A stretch of 64,000 nt of DNA from Eledone cirrhosa (lineage: Eukaryota), in contig OZ024742.1 of assembly GCA_964016885.1 (NCBI GenBank), positions 184,078,001 through 184,142,000 of the forward strand, in the 5' to 3' direction. Below the pieces are notes generated by a model. It saw only the letters and a list, made by a program, of their open reading frames with translations, was not told the origin of the DNA and ran no database searches. Of this stretch, positions 40,350-53,171 are shown in pieces. The stretch's first letter is position 1. Each line of letters opens with the position of its first letter. The translations under genes were made by a program, and so were the position numbers.

Positions 40350-41842
40350 GCTGACTGTGTGCCATAGAACTGCTCGGCTAGGGTTGTGTGCCATAGAACT
40401 GCTCAGCTCGGGATGTGTACCGTAGAACTACAGTCAGGACTGTGTACCATAGAACTGCTCAGACAGGGTTGTGTGCCATAGAACTGCTCAGCTCGGGATG
40501 TGTACCGTAGAACTACAGTCAGGACTGTGTACCATAGAACTGCTCAGACAGGGTTGTGTGCCATAGAACTGCTCAGCTCGGGCTGTGTACCATAGAACTA
40601 CAGTCAGGACTGTGTACCATAGAACTGCTCAGACAGGGTTGTGTGCCATAGAACTGCTCAGCTCGGGCTGTGTACCATAGAACTACAGTCAGGACTGTGT
40701 ACCATAGAACTGCTCAGACAGGGTTGTGTGCCATAGAACTGCTCAGCTCGGGCTGTGTACCATAGAACTACAGTCAGGACTGTGTACCATAGAACTGCTC
40801 AGACAGGGTTGTGCGCCATAGAACTGCTCAGCTCGGGATGTGTACCATAGAACTACAGTCAGGACTGTGTACCATAGAACTGCTCAGACAGGGTTGTGTG
40901 CCATAGAACTGCTCAGCTCGGGCTGTGTACCATAGAACTACAGTCAGGACTGTGTACCATAGAACTGCTCAGACAGGGTTGTGTGCCATAGAACTGCTCA
41001 GCTCGGGATGTGTACCATAGAACTACAGTCAGGACTGTGTACCATAGAACTGCTCAGACAGGGTTGTGTGCCATAGAACTGCTCAGCTCGGGCTGTGTAC
41101 CATAGAACTACAGTCAGGACTGTGTACCATAGAACTACAGTCAGGACTGTGTGCCATAGAACTGCTCAGACAGGGTTGTGTGCCATAGAACTGCTCAGCT
41201 TGGGATGTGTACCATAGAACTACAGTCAGGACTGTGTACCATAGAACTACAGTCAGGACTGTGTGCCATAGAACTACAGTCAGGACTGTGTGCCATAGAA
41301 CTGCTCAGCTCGGGATGTGTGCCATATAACTGCTCAGCCAGAGCTGTGTGCCATAGAACTACAGCCAGGGCTGTGTACCATCGAAGTGCTCAGACAGGAC
41401 TGTGTACCATAGAACTGCTCAGACAGAACTGTGTGCCATAGAACTACAGCCAGGGATGTGTGCCATAGAACTACTCAGCTCGGGATGTGTGCCATATAAC
41501 TACAGTCAGGACTGTGTGCCATAGAACTGCTGACAGGGCTGTGTGCCATAGAACTGCTCAGCCCGGGCTGTGTACCATAGAACTACAGCCAGGGTTGTAT
41601 GCTATAGAACTACAGCCAGGGCTGTATTCCATAGAACTGCTCAGACAGGACTGTGTGCCATAGAACTGCTGACAGGGCTGTGTGCCATAGAACTGCTCAG
41701 CCCGGGCTGTGTACCATAGAACTGCTCAGCTCGGGCTGTGTACCATAGAACTGCTCAGCCAGTGAAGTGGGCTATAGAACTGCTCAGCTAGGGATGTGTG
41801 CCATAGAACTGTTCAGCCAGCGATGTGTGCCATAGAACTACA
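40350..41842 (+). repeat. Satellite of 27-29-bp monomers with 85-bp higher-order repeat
   Basis: Core tgtgtRccatagaact. gggttgtgtg recurs at 40381, 40466, 40551 and onwards (29+27+29). Confidence 0.95.
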
Positions 41843-41959
41843 ATCAGAGTTGCTTTGGAGCTACACTGCAACAATCAATGAAAACAGTTTTCGGCGACTT
41901 TCTTTATTTCGGGAGTCCATTACTGATTGGAGAGTGTTAATCATATTGCCTTGTTTAAT

Positions 41960-42202
41960 ACATTATACTTATTGTTCTGTATCATTGTCCGATGACAGTA
42001 TCATATTTATAGCTAATGGAAGTGTTGATGATATCGTCCGATTTAATACTTTATACATTGTTCTGTATTATCATTGTCATCACAGTATATTATATTTATA
42101 GCTAATGGAAGTGTTGATGATATCGTCCGATTTAATACTTTATACATTGCTCTGTATTATCATTGTCATGATAGTATATCATATTTATAGCTAGTGGAAG
42201 TT
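41960..42202 (+). repeat. 89-bp tandem repeat (~2.5 copies)
   Basis: agctaRtggaagt at 42011, 42100 and 42189. Confidence 0.85.
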
Positions 42203-42320
42203 TTATCGAAATGCATTAGCATCACAATAACTAGAGCTGGTATTATCTGTCTACACACTACACGTAGTTTGATTACTTATTTACCATGAATAGCATCGAT
42301 ATCTATATGATGTTTCTTAG

Positions 42321-42418
<98 letters not shown>

Positions 42419-42644
42419 TCGATATTTTAGTTGATAATTCAATATTTTTTTACCCAAAATATCAGGAAAGTGTCGTTATAAAAAAAATAGTCCATTGGCA
42501 AGAAATCTGAGAAGTGAAAACTTAATGAAATGTCCACGTAGGAGTTGATGAATAATGAATCAGTCCTCCTGCCAAAATATGATGGAATCATAGTATTCCG
42601 AGAAATTACTGCTAAAAACAACACTTCAACATTTTATTTATACT

Positions 42645-44787
42645 TGTAGCAAGAGTTGCCTCCCTTGTTATGACAATCACATCACCGCTCTCTAGACAGG
42701 AAGTAGCTGGAGTTACTTCCCGTTGTCACCCTTTTTGTCACTTCCGCCCTGGGACCCTATAAAAGGGATGGGTCAGGGCGATCTCACTCTCTTCTACCTG
42801 CCTGGCTCTTCGGCCAGGCGTCTTCGGCCAGGCGTCTTCGGCCAGGCGCATTCGCCTGGCAACCCTAACATGGTCTCTTGCGAGCTAACTTCAAAACGGT
42901 AACAAATAACTTTACTTCATTCTTTCATCTACTCATGGACATGTCAACTATACTATTCTACATAACTTCGACTTGTTAAATAAACTTTAAACACACAACT
43001 GAGTCTTTTGTTATATTCATACACGCCAGTGTTTTGTTATAAGTGGTGACGCCGAAAAAAAATGACAGAATCTGGTGTTGTGTGAATGTATATAAAAAAA
43101 TTGATTAACAGTACCCCATTTTCGTTGGAATGTGTCGACCAACATTTCGAATACGCAGAAAACTTTATTAACAAACTAGGAAAAATACGCAGACATAGAA
43201 ACGAACACACGCACATGTGAAATTCTCGTTCAGACAGACTCTTTTTCTCTCACGCATGTGTCGTACATCAACTAAGTGTCGCATTTCACTGGATGTATAT
43301 ATATGTTTTTCGTTTCTTCTTACAACGAACATTTTTTTTTTTTTTAAATTTGATTTTTTTTTTTTTTTACACATTTCAACATGAACATTTATTTTTGCTG
43401 AATCTCAACTATTGCTTATTCTTTCCGCCAAGCATTTTTCATCGTTCACAAAAAAGTTGAACTTGCCATATTTGTTATACCAAGTGAAGCCTTTCTTTCT
43501 TTTTCATCATATTATCACGTTCACACACAAATTTCTCAAAATGGCTGCCAACGACCTGTTGCACTATCATTTTCGCGCCATTTTCTCACGCAATAGAAAT
43601 TTTTTTTTTTCAACTTGACTTTAACCTTGTTTCGGCACGTGTGGGGAGCACACATCTTGACTCACTGAGATAACACACGCCATAGATAATGTTTCTTGCC
43701 AAGAATTCTCCAGCCTTAAGCTATATTCTCCTATTTGCCGGTTTAAAAATTTACCTCGTAAATTTGCCGTTGAAAACTGCGCATTTATTCAGAATCCTTA
43801 TTTCTTTGGTCGCTGGCCTCTTGACCCTTCCAGGTCAACGCATTCTCAACATCGACCATCAACTGTGGCTGTTATTTCTAGCACTTTGCGCAACTCATTT
43901 TTTCTATGAAAGATTTCACTGTGAACGGAAACAACATCGAATACGCTCACTCCGCGAGACAACAACATCAACAACCAAAACCAGCAGAACAAAACAGAGA
44001 ATTTATTTTTGCAGCACTCTTCCTATGAGAAAATCCCAGCGATTTTCACGTTGTACCACAGTCTACAGACCACCTGCATACATTCTCTGGATGACACACT
44101 TTCTTTCCTGCTGTCATGTGATTGCACACCTGTGAACTATATTTTGAACATTTGAACTTTGACCTCTTCTTTTACTTTGATTACATTGTATCTTTGAGTG
44201 ATTGATAGATAGATGTCCAGTCGTTCTCTGGCCAAGAGCGGTTGGCTACCTTGATATCTATCATTGATTTTTGTATGCATATATTTTGCTGTTTTCCTTT
44301 TATTGCAAACATTATTTTTTTCGTAATTTTCATGCCTGGACTTTGGTGTTACATGCTCGCCATCTTACTCCATACATGGTTCATTCGATTTTTATCTTTT
44401 AAAAATCTTGCGGTAGGTAATGCCTCCCTTGTTATGACAATCACATCACCGCTCTCTAGACAGGAAGTAGCTGGAGTTACTTCCCGTTGGGGTGGCAGAA
44501 CCCTTTTTGTCACTTCCGCCCTGGGACCCTATAAAAGGGATGGGTCAGGGCGATCTCACTCTCTTCTACCTGCCTGGCCCTTCGACTAGGCGCATTCGCC
44601 TGGCAACCCTAACATGGTCTCTTGCGAACTAACTTCAAAACGGTAACAAATAACTTTACTTCAATCTTTCATCTACTCATGGACATGTCAACTATACTAT
44701 TCTACATAACTTCAACTTGTTAAATAAACTTTAAACACACAACCGATCATCTTTGTTATATTCATACAACCCAGCTTCACTGTTATA
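42645..44787 (+). mobile_element. Internally deleted Gypsy-like LTR retrotransposon
   Basis: LTRs 42645-43041 and 44421-44787 (TATAAAA, AATAAA). PBS TGGTGACGCCG at 43044. 4-bp TSD TACT. Decayed gag-like interior; no RT or integrase seen. Confidence 0.85.
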
Positions 44788-44878
44788 TACTCTTTATCAT
44801 AATATTATAATTCGTGTGTGTATATCAGCATTATTGTAATACTGTTATTTATGGGTGTCAGTATGTATGTATGTATGT

Positions 44879-45481
44879 GTCAGGTCACCAGTTGGTGCTA
44901 CTGGTAACATGTATCCCAGTACAACCTGTCTCATGGTCGGGTCGTTGGCTACTAAACTGGCAACCCCACCAAGGTTTCTTGGTGAGGAGGGTGGCTTTGG
45001 ACATCCTGCAGGACTAAAAACAAAACCTGTCAAAAGGCAAAGGGGCTCTTAAGAGTCAATAGCCATCCAAAATCACCGGGAGAGATGATCCCTTAGCCTT
45101 TGTCAAGGCAGAATTCTAGAAGGAAAACTCTGATATAACACCTGCAACCCTGATGGTATCCAATGATGTTGACTTGTTCTTCTTTTTGGTAAATATCATC
45201 TTGGTTAAGAGAGTGGGACTGGCTTTGTGCAGTGCCTTTGCTCACTATAAAAGCTTCACAGCACAGGCATTGCTTTATATCTGGAGATCTCTGCACTTGT
45301 TGTCACATGGTACCATGGGCCCAGCACTATGTGTCAATAATTGTCACAAGTGTAGTGTTTGTACCAGAGTTTTCAAGTCGCTGGCTGGACTAAAAAGTCA
45401 CACTCGTTCAGCGAATCGGTAGGGCTTCTCCTACATGGATATAAAGTAGTGGCCGTACTCGAAAACGAGTTGGCAGCCACT
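44879..45481 (+). mobile_element. Non-autonomous bipartite RTE-derived element with (TATG)n tail
   Basis: RTE-like 5' leader joined to a C2H2-like C-terminus (CSVCTRVFKSLAGLKSH). 3' hairpin ACTCG-AAAA-CGAGT. Second copy at 49482. Confidence 0.65.
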
Positions 45482-45655
45482 ATGTATGTATGTATGTATG
45501 TATGTATGTATGTGAATGTATATATTGTGCATATTTGTCAATAAGTTACATCGTTTCTGGGAAAAAATTGTGTAAAAAAACAAATTGTGGTTTGTGTATG
45601 GCACTGGTTTTTACACGAGTATGTATGTATGTATGTATGTATGTATGTATGTATG

Positions 45656-48600
45656 TTTTCTCTTTCTCTTAATTTCGAGTATATTTTTTTGACCGGCCAC
45701 CTTCCTGGTGGCAAGGTTGTAAAAGAAAAGAAATTGTCATCCCTTGAATCGCAAGAATGTTTTGCATATTTTGAAGGTGCCAGCTATCGCAGCCATTTGT
45801 AGACTATGAATTAGGGAGCTGCGCTTTTTGTCCGCAAATCCAAGTTCGGTCATACTTTGGTCCAAGCGGGTTGGTATATAACCCGTAGCACCAATAATGA
45901 TGGGTATGAAGCTAAAGGTGTATCTTGGATACTGGATTTGTAAGCTCCTCATCAATGGTCCGTAGATGTCCTCCTTCGCCTGTATTTTTCTGACAACGTT
46001 TACATCAAGTGGGCAGCTGATCTCCACAACAGAACACGTTTTCAATGTGTGGTCCCAAACTACAATATCAGGCCGGTTGTGCTTTAATTTGGTGGCAGTT
46101 TTTATTTTCAGGTTCCACCAGTATTCCTTAGTGCCATCTGTCTCAATATATTCTTCCTCGTTTGTTGTTAATTTTGTTTTCCGAAGTGCGTTCCAGATAG
46201 TTCTAGCTATCCCATCGTGTCTCATGGGGAGGTAGTAGCGAGATGACATTCTTTCGCAGCTGGCAACAATGTGGCTTACATCCTCGATCTTTGTTTTACA
46301 TAGCCTACATTTATTGTCAGCTGCTGGCCCTCCTCTTTTGTGCAGCAGATATTTGGTAGGGAGTTCTTGTTCCTGTATTGCATAGAGATATCCCTCAAGG
46401 TGTGATGTCATAAACTTGTCGGAACTCCATGCCAGGCTTTTTGAGTGGTTTATCCCCTCTATGGTCTGTGTTTTACGCCTCAAGTATCCATGCACAACTT
46501 TCTCTGTAAATTGGTCAATTTTTTTTTCTTGTTTGAACATTGAATAGGATCTTCCGATTTCTCTGGGTGAGAGATTTATATCAGGCTTTATTCCATATCT
46601 CTCCTCCAGATCAGTCGCTATTCTAATGATATTTCTTTTTTCATGCTCATAAACCTGAGCAAGATGGTCGCCAACCTTTTTCCTCTGTTGAAGGTGTTGC
46701 TTCAGTGTTACTATCCGGGTCTCATATGTTGTTAATATTGATTTTAGACCCCGGCCACCTTCCTTGCGTGAGAAGTATAGCCTATCCACATCACCATTGA
46801 TGTTAAAGTTCCCAGTAACACTGAGAAGTTTACGAGTTCTAACATCCATCTCACTTAGTTCTTGCAATGACCAGTTCAGTAGGCCAAATGTTGGCGTTAT
46901 AATTGGCACAGCATAGGTATTGTGGGCAATGTATTTGTTGTATGCTGACAGTTCTGATGACCATATTTTTTTTACTCTTCTGAGGTATTCAGTTCTGGTT
47001 CTCTCCTTATTTATGGGTCCATCATATCTGACATTCTCATCCTGTCCAAGATATCTGTAGTTGTCACCTGACTGCAGAGGTTGTATTGTCAGGCCGTTCA
47101 TATCTAGATTTCTAGAGGAGGGCACAGCTCTTCCACGTTTTACTGCCAAATATGCACACTTGGACTCACCAAATTTCATTTTGATGTCGGTTGAAAATTG
47201 TGTAATGAGGTCCAATTGTTTCTTGATGTCATTGATATTTGGCCCATACAACTTCAGGTCATCAACAAAGAAAAGATGGGAGATACTTCTGGGCCCACTT
47301 CTTTGTCCACCTTGTTTCCTGAGTAGGTAAGATAGTGGATTCAGTGAGAGAACGAAGAGTAGTACTGACAAGCTATCACCCTGAAAGATGCCCTTCTGGT
47401 AATGTATCCTATCAGTCTTAACCTGCTCCTTCTCACCTCTAAGGATCAAATTGGTGTACCAGTTCTTGGTCAGGCGTTCAACAGCAGCTACTAATGGTTG
47501 TGGGACTTTAGCTAACTGTAAAGCCTTAATAATCCACCCATGAGGTACACTATCAAATGCTTTTTGATAGTCCAGCCACACGACAGTCATGTTTCTGCGA
47601 TTCTTTGTTGTTTTTTCCTGAATCATTTTGTTAGTTAGTAGGTGATCTATGCAACCCCACACCTCCCTCTTTCCACCAGCTTGCTCAGGTGTTATGATGT
47701 TGTTGGTAGCACAGTGATCCTGTAAGAACAGGTTAAGGCACCCAGTATATAATTTATACATGATGTTTTGGCAGGCAATTGGGCGGTAATTTTTAGCAAG
47801 GGTGGTTTGGCTATTTTTGGGAATGAGGAGAGTAGTGGCAGTTGATAACCATCTGGGCAGTTCTTGTGTGCCCTTAATGGTTTCTGTAAACAGCCGTATG
47901 AGATCTTGCCGATAGAAAGTGAAATTCTTCAACCAGTATCCTGTAATGAGGTCTGGGCCTGGCGATTTCCTATTCGACATTTTCTGTAGAGCTGTTTCCA
48001 GTATTGACCCATCTATGTCATATTGTTTTGTCTGGACATGTTGGCAGTAGTCCTGTTCCAGTTGTTTTAGCCAATTAGCTTGTCTGTTGAATCCGTCATC
48101 CGTTTCCCATACAGATCTCCAGTAGTTCTCAACCTGTTCTTTTGAAGGGGTGTCGTTTACAGGGATTGAGCTTTTGCCACCGAAGCTGCGATAAACTGAT
48201 TTAGGATCTCTGGCAAACAATCTATTTAGCACTTGTCGTTTATGGGCTGTTGACTTATATTTTAGTCTTTCTGTTGTAGCTGTGAGTTGTTGTTTCAACT
48301 GGTGTAATTTGGAGTTCAAAGTTTTAAATTTGGTATCTCCAAATCGTCTCTCTAACTTTTTCTTTAGGTCTTCCTGGTGTCGTGTGAAGTTTCTCTCTAT
48401 GTTGCATTTCATAACGACTGCGATGTGTGAGATACTTCGTCTCAGGGACAAAATTTTGGTTTTTAAATTTCGCATCCACGCTGGTTCAGGCTTTCTGTTT
48501 GTATCTTGATTGCGTGGTTTTAGATGTGTGTTATATGATAGCAATGTGACAGCTGAAACATATAACAAAATATTGAGCGTTTCAAATGTCGTTTCTACAC

Positions 48601-48771
48601 CTTTAGATCGTATAGCCTTCAGATAATTGCCAGCTATTTCGTTCACCGCTTCCAATTCCAATTTAGTGGGTTCTTTACTGACTCTAGTGTTGTATGGTCT
48701 GTCACTCACATTAAGGCTGTGTATCTCTTGAAACATATCGTTCCATATCACTTGTAGGGTGCCCACAAGTT
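45656..48771 (-). mobile_element. R4/Dong-like non-LTR retrotransposon, 5'-truncated, in (TATG)n
   Basis: Single ORF plus an ~80-nt 3' UTR with hairpin GCCACC-AGGAA-GGTGGC. (TATG)n directly at both ends. Confidence 0.88.
45737..48766 (-). CDS. Reverse transcriptase + CCHC zinc knuckle + restriction-like endonuclease (1009 aa, N-terminally truncated)
   Basis: KSPGPD, NYRPIAC, DYQKAFDSVPH, GIFQGDSLS, HLFFVDD, YRYLG, RKEGGRGL, CRLC..E..H..C, RHD, HNRPDIV..E..K..Y; no stops. Confidence 0.93.
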   Translation of the reverse strand: MGTLQVIWNDMFQEIHSLNVSDRPYNTRVSKEPTKLELEAVNEIAGNYLKAIRSKGVETTFETLNILLYVSAVTLLSYNTHLKPRNQDTNRKPEPAWMRNLKTKILSLRRSISHIAVVMKCNIERNFTRHQEDLKKKLERRFGDTKFKTLNSKLHQLKQQLTATTERLKYKSTAHKRQVLNRLFARDPKSVYRSFGGKSSIPVNDTPSKEQVENYWRSVWETDDGFNRQANWLKQLEQDYCQHVQTKQYDIDGSILETALQKMSNRKSPGPDLITGYWLKNFTFYRQDLIRLFTETIKGTQELPRWLSTATTLLIPKNSQTTLAKNYRPIACQNIMYKLYTGCLNLFLQDHCATNNIITPEQAGGKREVWGCIDHLLTNKMIQEKTTKNRRNMTVVWLDYQKAFDSVPHGWIIKALQLAKVPQPLVAAVERLTKNWYTNLILRGEKEQVKTDRIHYQKGIFQGDSLSVLLFVLSLNPLSYLLRKQGGQRSGPRSISHLFFVDDLKLYGPNINDIKKQLDLITQFSTDIKMKFGESKCAYLAVKRGRAVPSSRNLDMNGLTIQPLQSGDNYRYLGQDENVRYDGPINKERTRTEYLRRVKKIWSSELSAYNKYIAHNTYAVPIITPTFGLLNWSLQELSEMDVRTRKLLSVTGNFNINGDVDRLYFSRKEGGRGLKSILTTYETRIVTLKQHLQQRKKVGDHLAQVYEHEKRNIIRIATDLEERYGIKPDINLSPREIGRSYSMFKQEKKIDQFTEKVVHGYLRRKTQTIEGINHSKSLAWSSDKFMTSHLEGYLYAIQEQELPTKYLLHKRGGPAADNKCRLCKTKIEDVSHIVASCERMSSRYYLPMRHDGIARTIWNALRKTKLTTNEEEYIETDGTKEYWWNLKIKTATKLKHNRPDIVVWDHTLKTCSVVEISCPLDVNVVRKIQAKEDIYGPLMRSLQIQYPRYTFSFIPIIIGATGYIPTRLDQSMTELGFADKKRSSLIHSLQMAAIAGTFKICKTFLRFKG

Positions 48772-49039
48772 TGTATGTATGTATGTATGTATGTATGTAT
48801 GTATGTATGTATGTATGTATGGTTTAATAATTTCCCAATTTTTTTCCCAATAGAGATAGAGTCGGTTTCTAACATAGACACAAGACTCTCTCATTGAAAT
48901 TTACACAACATCAACTAGGTAGATTATGTATGCATGCATGTGTAGATATGGATGTTATTGTATGTGTGGATGTGGATGTTTTGAGTTGTATGTGTGCATG
49001 TGTATATGCTTTGTATCTGTACATGTGTATATGCAGTTA

Positions 49040-49410
49040 TTAGATGCAACATGTTTGGAATGTTTTACATATTTTACTGTTCCATTAATGGATTGTACTT
49101 GTAATTTCCTAACTAGTTGTGTTCTTTCTGTTCCTGTGGATACCAGCTTCTCAAGATTTGTATTGAGGCAGTTACTAACATACCCCAGTGCCCCAATAAT
49201 CACAGGCATTAATCTGACGGTGTAATCAGGGTGGAGTATCTGCAGATTTCTAATCAGTTCTGCATAAATATTCTCCTTTTCGCTAATCTTTGATATTATA
49301 TTGGCATCTGCTGGGCAGCTAATTTCCACTACTGTGCATGCTTTCTTCTCCCTGTCCCATATCATAATATCTGGTCTGTTATGCCTGCATTTTACTGGGG
49401 TTTTTACTGG
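49040..49410 (-). mobile_element. 3' fragment of a second R4/Dong-like family (RLE domain)
   Basis: HNRPDIMIWD..CTVVEISCPAD..EKENIY..PVIIGALG; 5' end abuts (TATG)n. Confidence 0.8.
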
Positions 49411-49481
49411 TATGTATGTATGTATGTATGTATGTATGTATGTATGTATGTATGTATGTATGTATGTATGTATGTATGTAT

Positions 49482-50091
49482 GTCAGGTCACCAGTTGGTG
49501 CTACTGGTAACATGTATCCCAGTACAAGCTGTCTCATGGTCGGGTCGTTGGCGACTAAACTAGCAACCCCACCAAGGTTTCTTGGTGAGGAGGGTAACTT
49601 TGGACATCCTGCAGGACTAAAAACAAAACCTGTCAAAGAGCAAAGGAGCTCTTAAGAGACAATGGTCATCAAAAATCACCGGGAGAGATGACCCCTTAGC
49701 CTTTGTCAAGGCAGAATTCTAGGAGAAGGAAAACTCTGATATAACACCTGCAACCCTGATGGTATCCAATGATGTTGACTTGTTCTTCTTTTTTGGTAAA
49801 TAACATCCTGGTTAAGAGAATGGGACTGGCTTTGTGCAGTGCCATTGCTCACTATAAAAGCTTCACGGCACAGGCATTGCTTTATATCTGGAGATCTCTC
49901 TGCACTTGTCGTCAAATGGTACCATGGGCCCAGCACTATGTGTCAATAATTGTCACAAGTGTAGTGTTTATACCAGAGTTTTCAAGTCGATGGCTGGACT
50001 AAAAAATCACACTTGTTCAGCGCATCGGTAGGGGTTCTCCTACATGGATATAAAGTAGTGGCCGTACTCGAAAACGAGTTGGCAGCCACCC
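49482..50091 (+). mobile_element. Second copy of the bipartite RTE-derived element
   Basis: Colinear with 44879-45481, moderately diverged; TATG repeats on both sides. Confidence 0.65.
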
Positions 50092-50327
50092 TGTATGTAT
50101 GTCTGTATGTATGTTCTGGTTTTATAATTTCACACATTTTTACCGATAGAGAAAGAGTCGTTTTCAAACATAGATTCAATACTCTCTCATTGGAATTTAT
50201 ACAACAACTAGGTAGATATGTATGCATGTCTGTATGCATGCATATGTGTGTAGGTATGGATGTTATTGTATGTGTGGATGTGGATGCTTTGAGTTATATG
50301 TGTGCTTGTGCATTTCGGTGGCCCTTA

Positions 50328-51610
50328 GCTAATCCTCTGTCGATTAACAAAAACACGGGGTGTGCAAAATATCAGCTCAATCGGACAACTGTTAAGCGAC
50401 CCTCAAACGCCTTGAATTTGGAATATAGTATACACAACGATTAATTCTGTTCAAAAGCGGTATATCTCGACCATTTTCTTTTTTCTTCTCAGAAATATTT
50501 TAGTGGACACATCCAGGCAACCCCAGCAAATGTTTAAAAACGTTCTGAATCAAATTTACCAATAGTTAATTTGAAAAATTCCTGAAATAACATGAAAAAC
50601 TTCTTTCTTAATAAAGCACACAACTTCTATACGAGAAACGCATTTTTATTTGCAACAATAATTTCTATATATTGAATATTGAACATTATTTTTGCATAAG
50701 AGAGGATTTAGTGGCAGTTGGGTGTTTTACACTTTTCGGTAATGATCTGTAAAACAAATTGTTTCTCAGTTTCATCTTTTGTGAGAATGTTATTGTAATC
50801 CTGAATGAGTTTGACACCTCTTTCTGCAACATCATTCACAACAACTGTCTTCTCAAGTTTTTCAAGTCTACTTTTGTAGACAAGATCATCTTTCCATGTT
50901 GAAGGGTCTTTGTCGAGGAAATCGGTGCTGATAGAAAATCTCGTGAAGAAAGTTTTTGTACCAGGAGTTACAAAAAGACGAAAACTCGATGTTTGTAAAG
51001 GAAGAAAAGTCATTTTGGTGCAGAATGTACCTCTTCAGTTGACTTTTTTCTTCTTCCTCTTCTTCACCTTTATCTGCTTCCAGCATAACTGAAGCAATAT
51101 TTGCCTTAAGCTCTCCTTGCTCTCCTTGCTCTCCCTTTCTCATTGTGTTCCTTACTCTCCTTCTATCCTTACTCTCCTTCTATCCTTGCTCTCCTGGCTC
51201 CCCTTTTCTCATTGCTCTCTTTGCTCTCCTTGTTCTCCTTTTATCCTTGCTCTCTTTTTCTCATTGCTCTCCTTTTCTCCTTGCTCTCCTTTTCTCATCG
51301 CTCTCCTTGCTCTCCTTTTTTCATTGCTCTCCTTTTATCCTTGCTCTCCTTTTCTCATTGCTCTCCTTGCTTTCATTTCCTCATTGCTCTCCTTGCTCTC
51401 CTTTTCTCATTGCTCTCCTTGCTCTCCTTTTCTTCTTCCTCTCTTCGCTCTTCTTCCTCTCCTTTACTCCGTTTCTCCTTGCCCTCCCTTTCTCCTTGTA
51501 TCTATTGTATCTATGTACTTCTTTATATACAAATACAATGAGAAAAGGGGAGCAAGGAGAAATATAATAGCAAGGATAGTAAGGAGAGTATATATATACA
51601 TATCATATAT
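50328..51610 (-). mobile_element. DNA transposon remnant, probably hATm-like transposase C-terminus
   Basis: FLDKDPSTW..VVVNDVAERGVKLIQDYNNILTKDE (family assignment from recall), followed by a ctccttgct minisatellite. Confidence 0.6.
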
Positions 51611-51717
51611 ATATATATATAATATTAAGGATACTATTTATGGTTATGTATATACTAAAACTTTTTATAGTTATGTATATTTTAAACCCTAAACAGTGAA
51701 GGTCAGTAATTTATATG

Positions 51718-51748
<31 letters not shown>

Positions 51749-51751
51749 GTG

Positions 51752-51960
<209 letters not shown>

Positions 51961-52563
51961 ATATATATATATATATGTATATATATATAATATAGTATTA
52001 TTGCTCCTTAACTGTAGAGCTAATTTTTAATCCCATATAAACTGCTGTTATTTCCTGCACCGGGAGTATAGGATGGCCAGTATAGCTGGCTACACCACGT
52101 GTAATCAGTCCTGCAAAATTTTTGAAGGTGGAATGTACTAATTTTACTGGATTCCTGTTGATAAGCACAGACGATTTGAATATTTCACTTTTTATTTCAA
52201 TTTTATTTCAATTTTTTTATATTTCAATTCATGTACCATCGTTGCGAAACATATTTGGGCTTCGAAGTTCAAATTCATCTACGGAGCAGGTTTGGATTTT
52301 GAAATTTAAATTTGTCCAGGAATCACGGCTTTTGCCAATATAAGCTTGTCTTTATTGACTTATATCCAGACAGACAAATTGTAAATTGTATTCACTTTAA
52401 TTAGTTTATTTCGTTCTAGCTAACTTTGTCTCTTACAATACAAACACGTATGTGTTTATCATATATATTAATATATAACTTGTATTTCACTGCTCGGAAA
52501 TGCTTCTTTCTTTGAGCTGATTAATTGTAAATGACTTTGAGTTTAGCTCTAAATATAATATAG

Positions 52564-52615
<52 letters not shown>

Positions 52616-52616
52616 C

Positions 52617-52747
<131 letters not shown>

Positions 52748-52760
52748 TATATATATATAT

Positions 52761-52999
<239 letters not shown>

Positions 53000-53171
53000 T
53001 TCGTTTTGCGAGGTTTTTGATATGAAATCGTGTGTCGAAACAAATATTGTTATACTTTTATACTTGGGGAGGGTCATATTTGTGTAATATTGCCAGAACT
53101 AATAACAGAACACACTCACTGTTTGGTTGGTTTTCGCTTCTGTGTCTTTGTTGCCATTGACTGACCAACGG

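Noticed and set aside
40350-41842. CRISPR-like 27-29-bp repeats
   Set aside because: Head-to-tail satellite with no spacers.
42018-42060. TTGATGA-TATCG..CGAT in the 89-bp repeat
   Set aside because: GAAA absent; too degenerate to call.
52030-52115. Minus-strand CTGATTA...GAAA hammerhead-like motif
   Set aside because: Core mismatch at position 8 and no stem I pairing.
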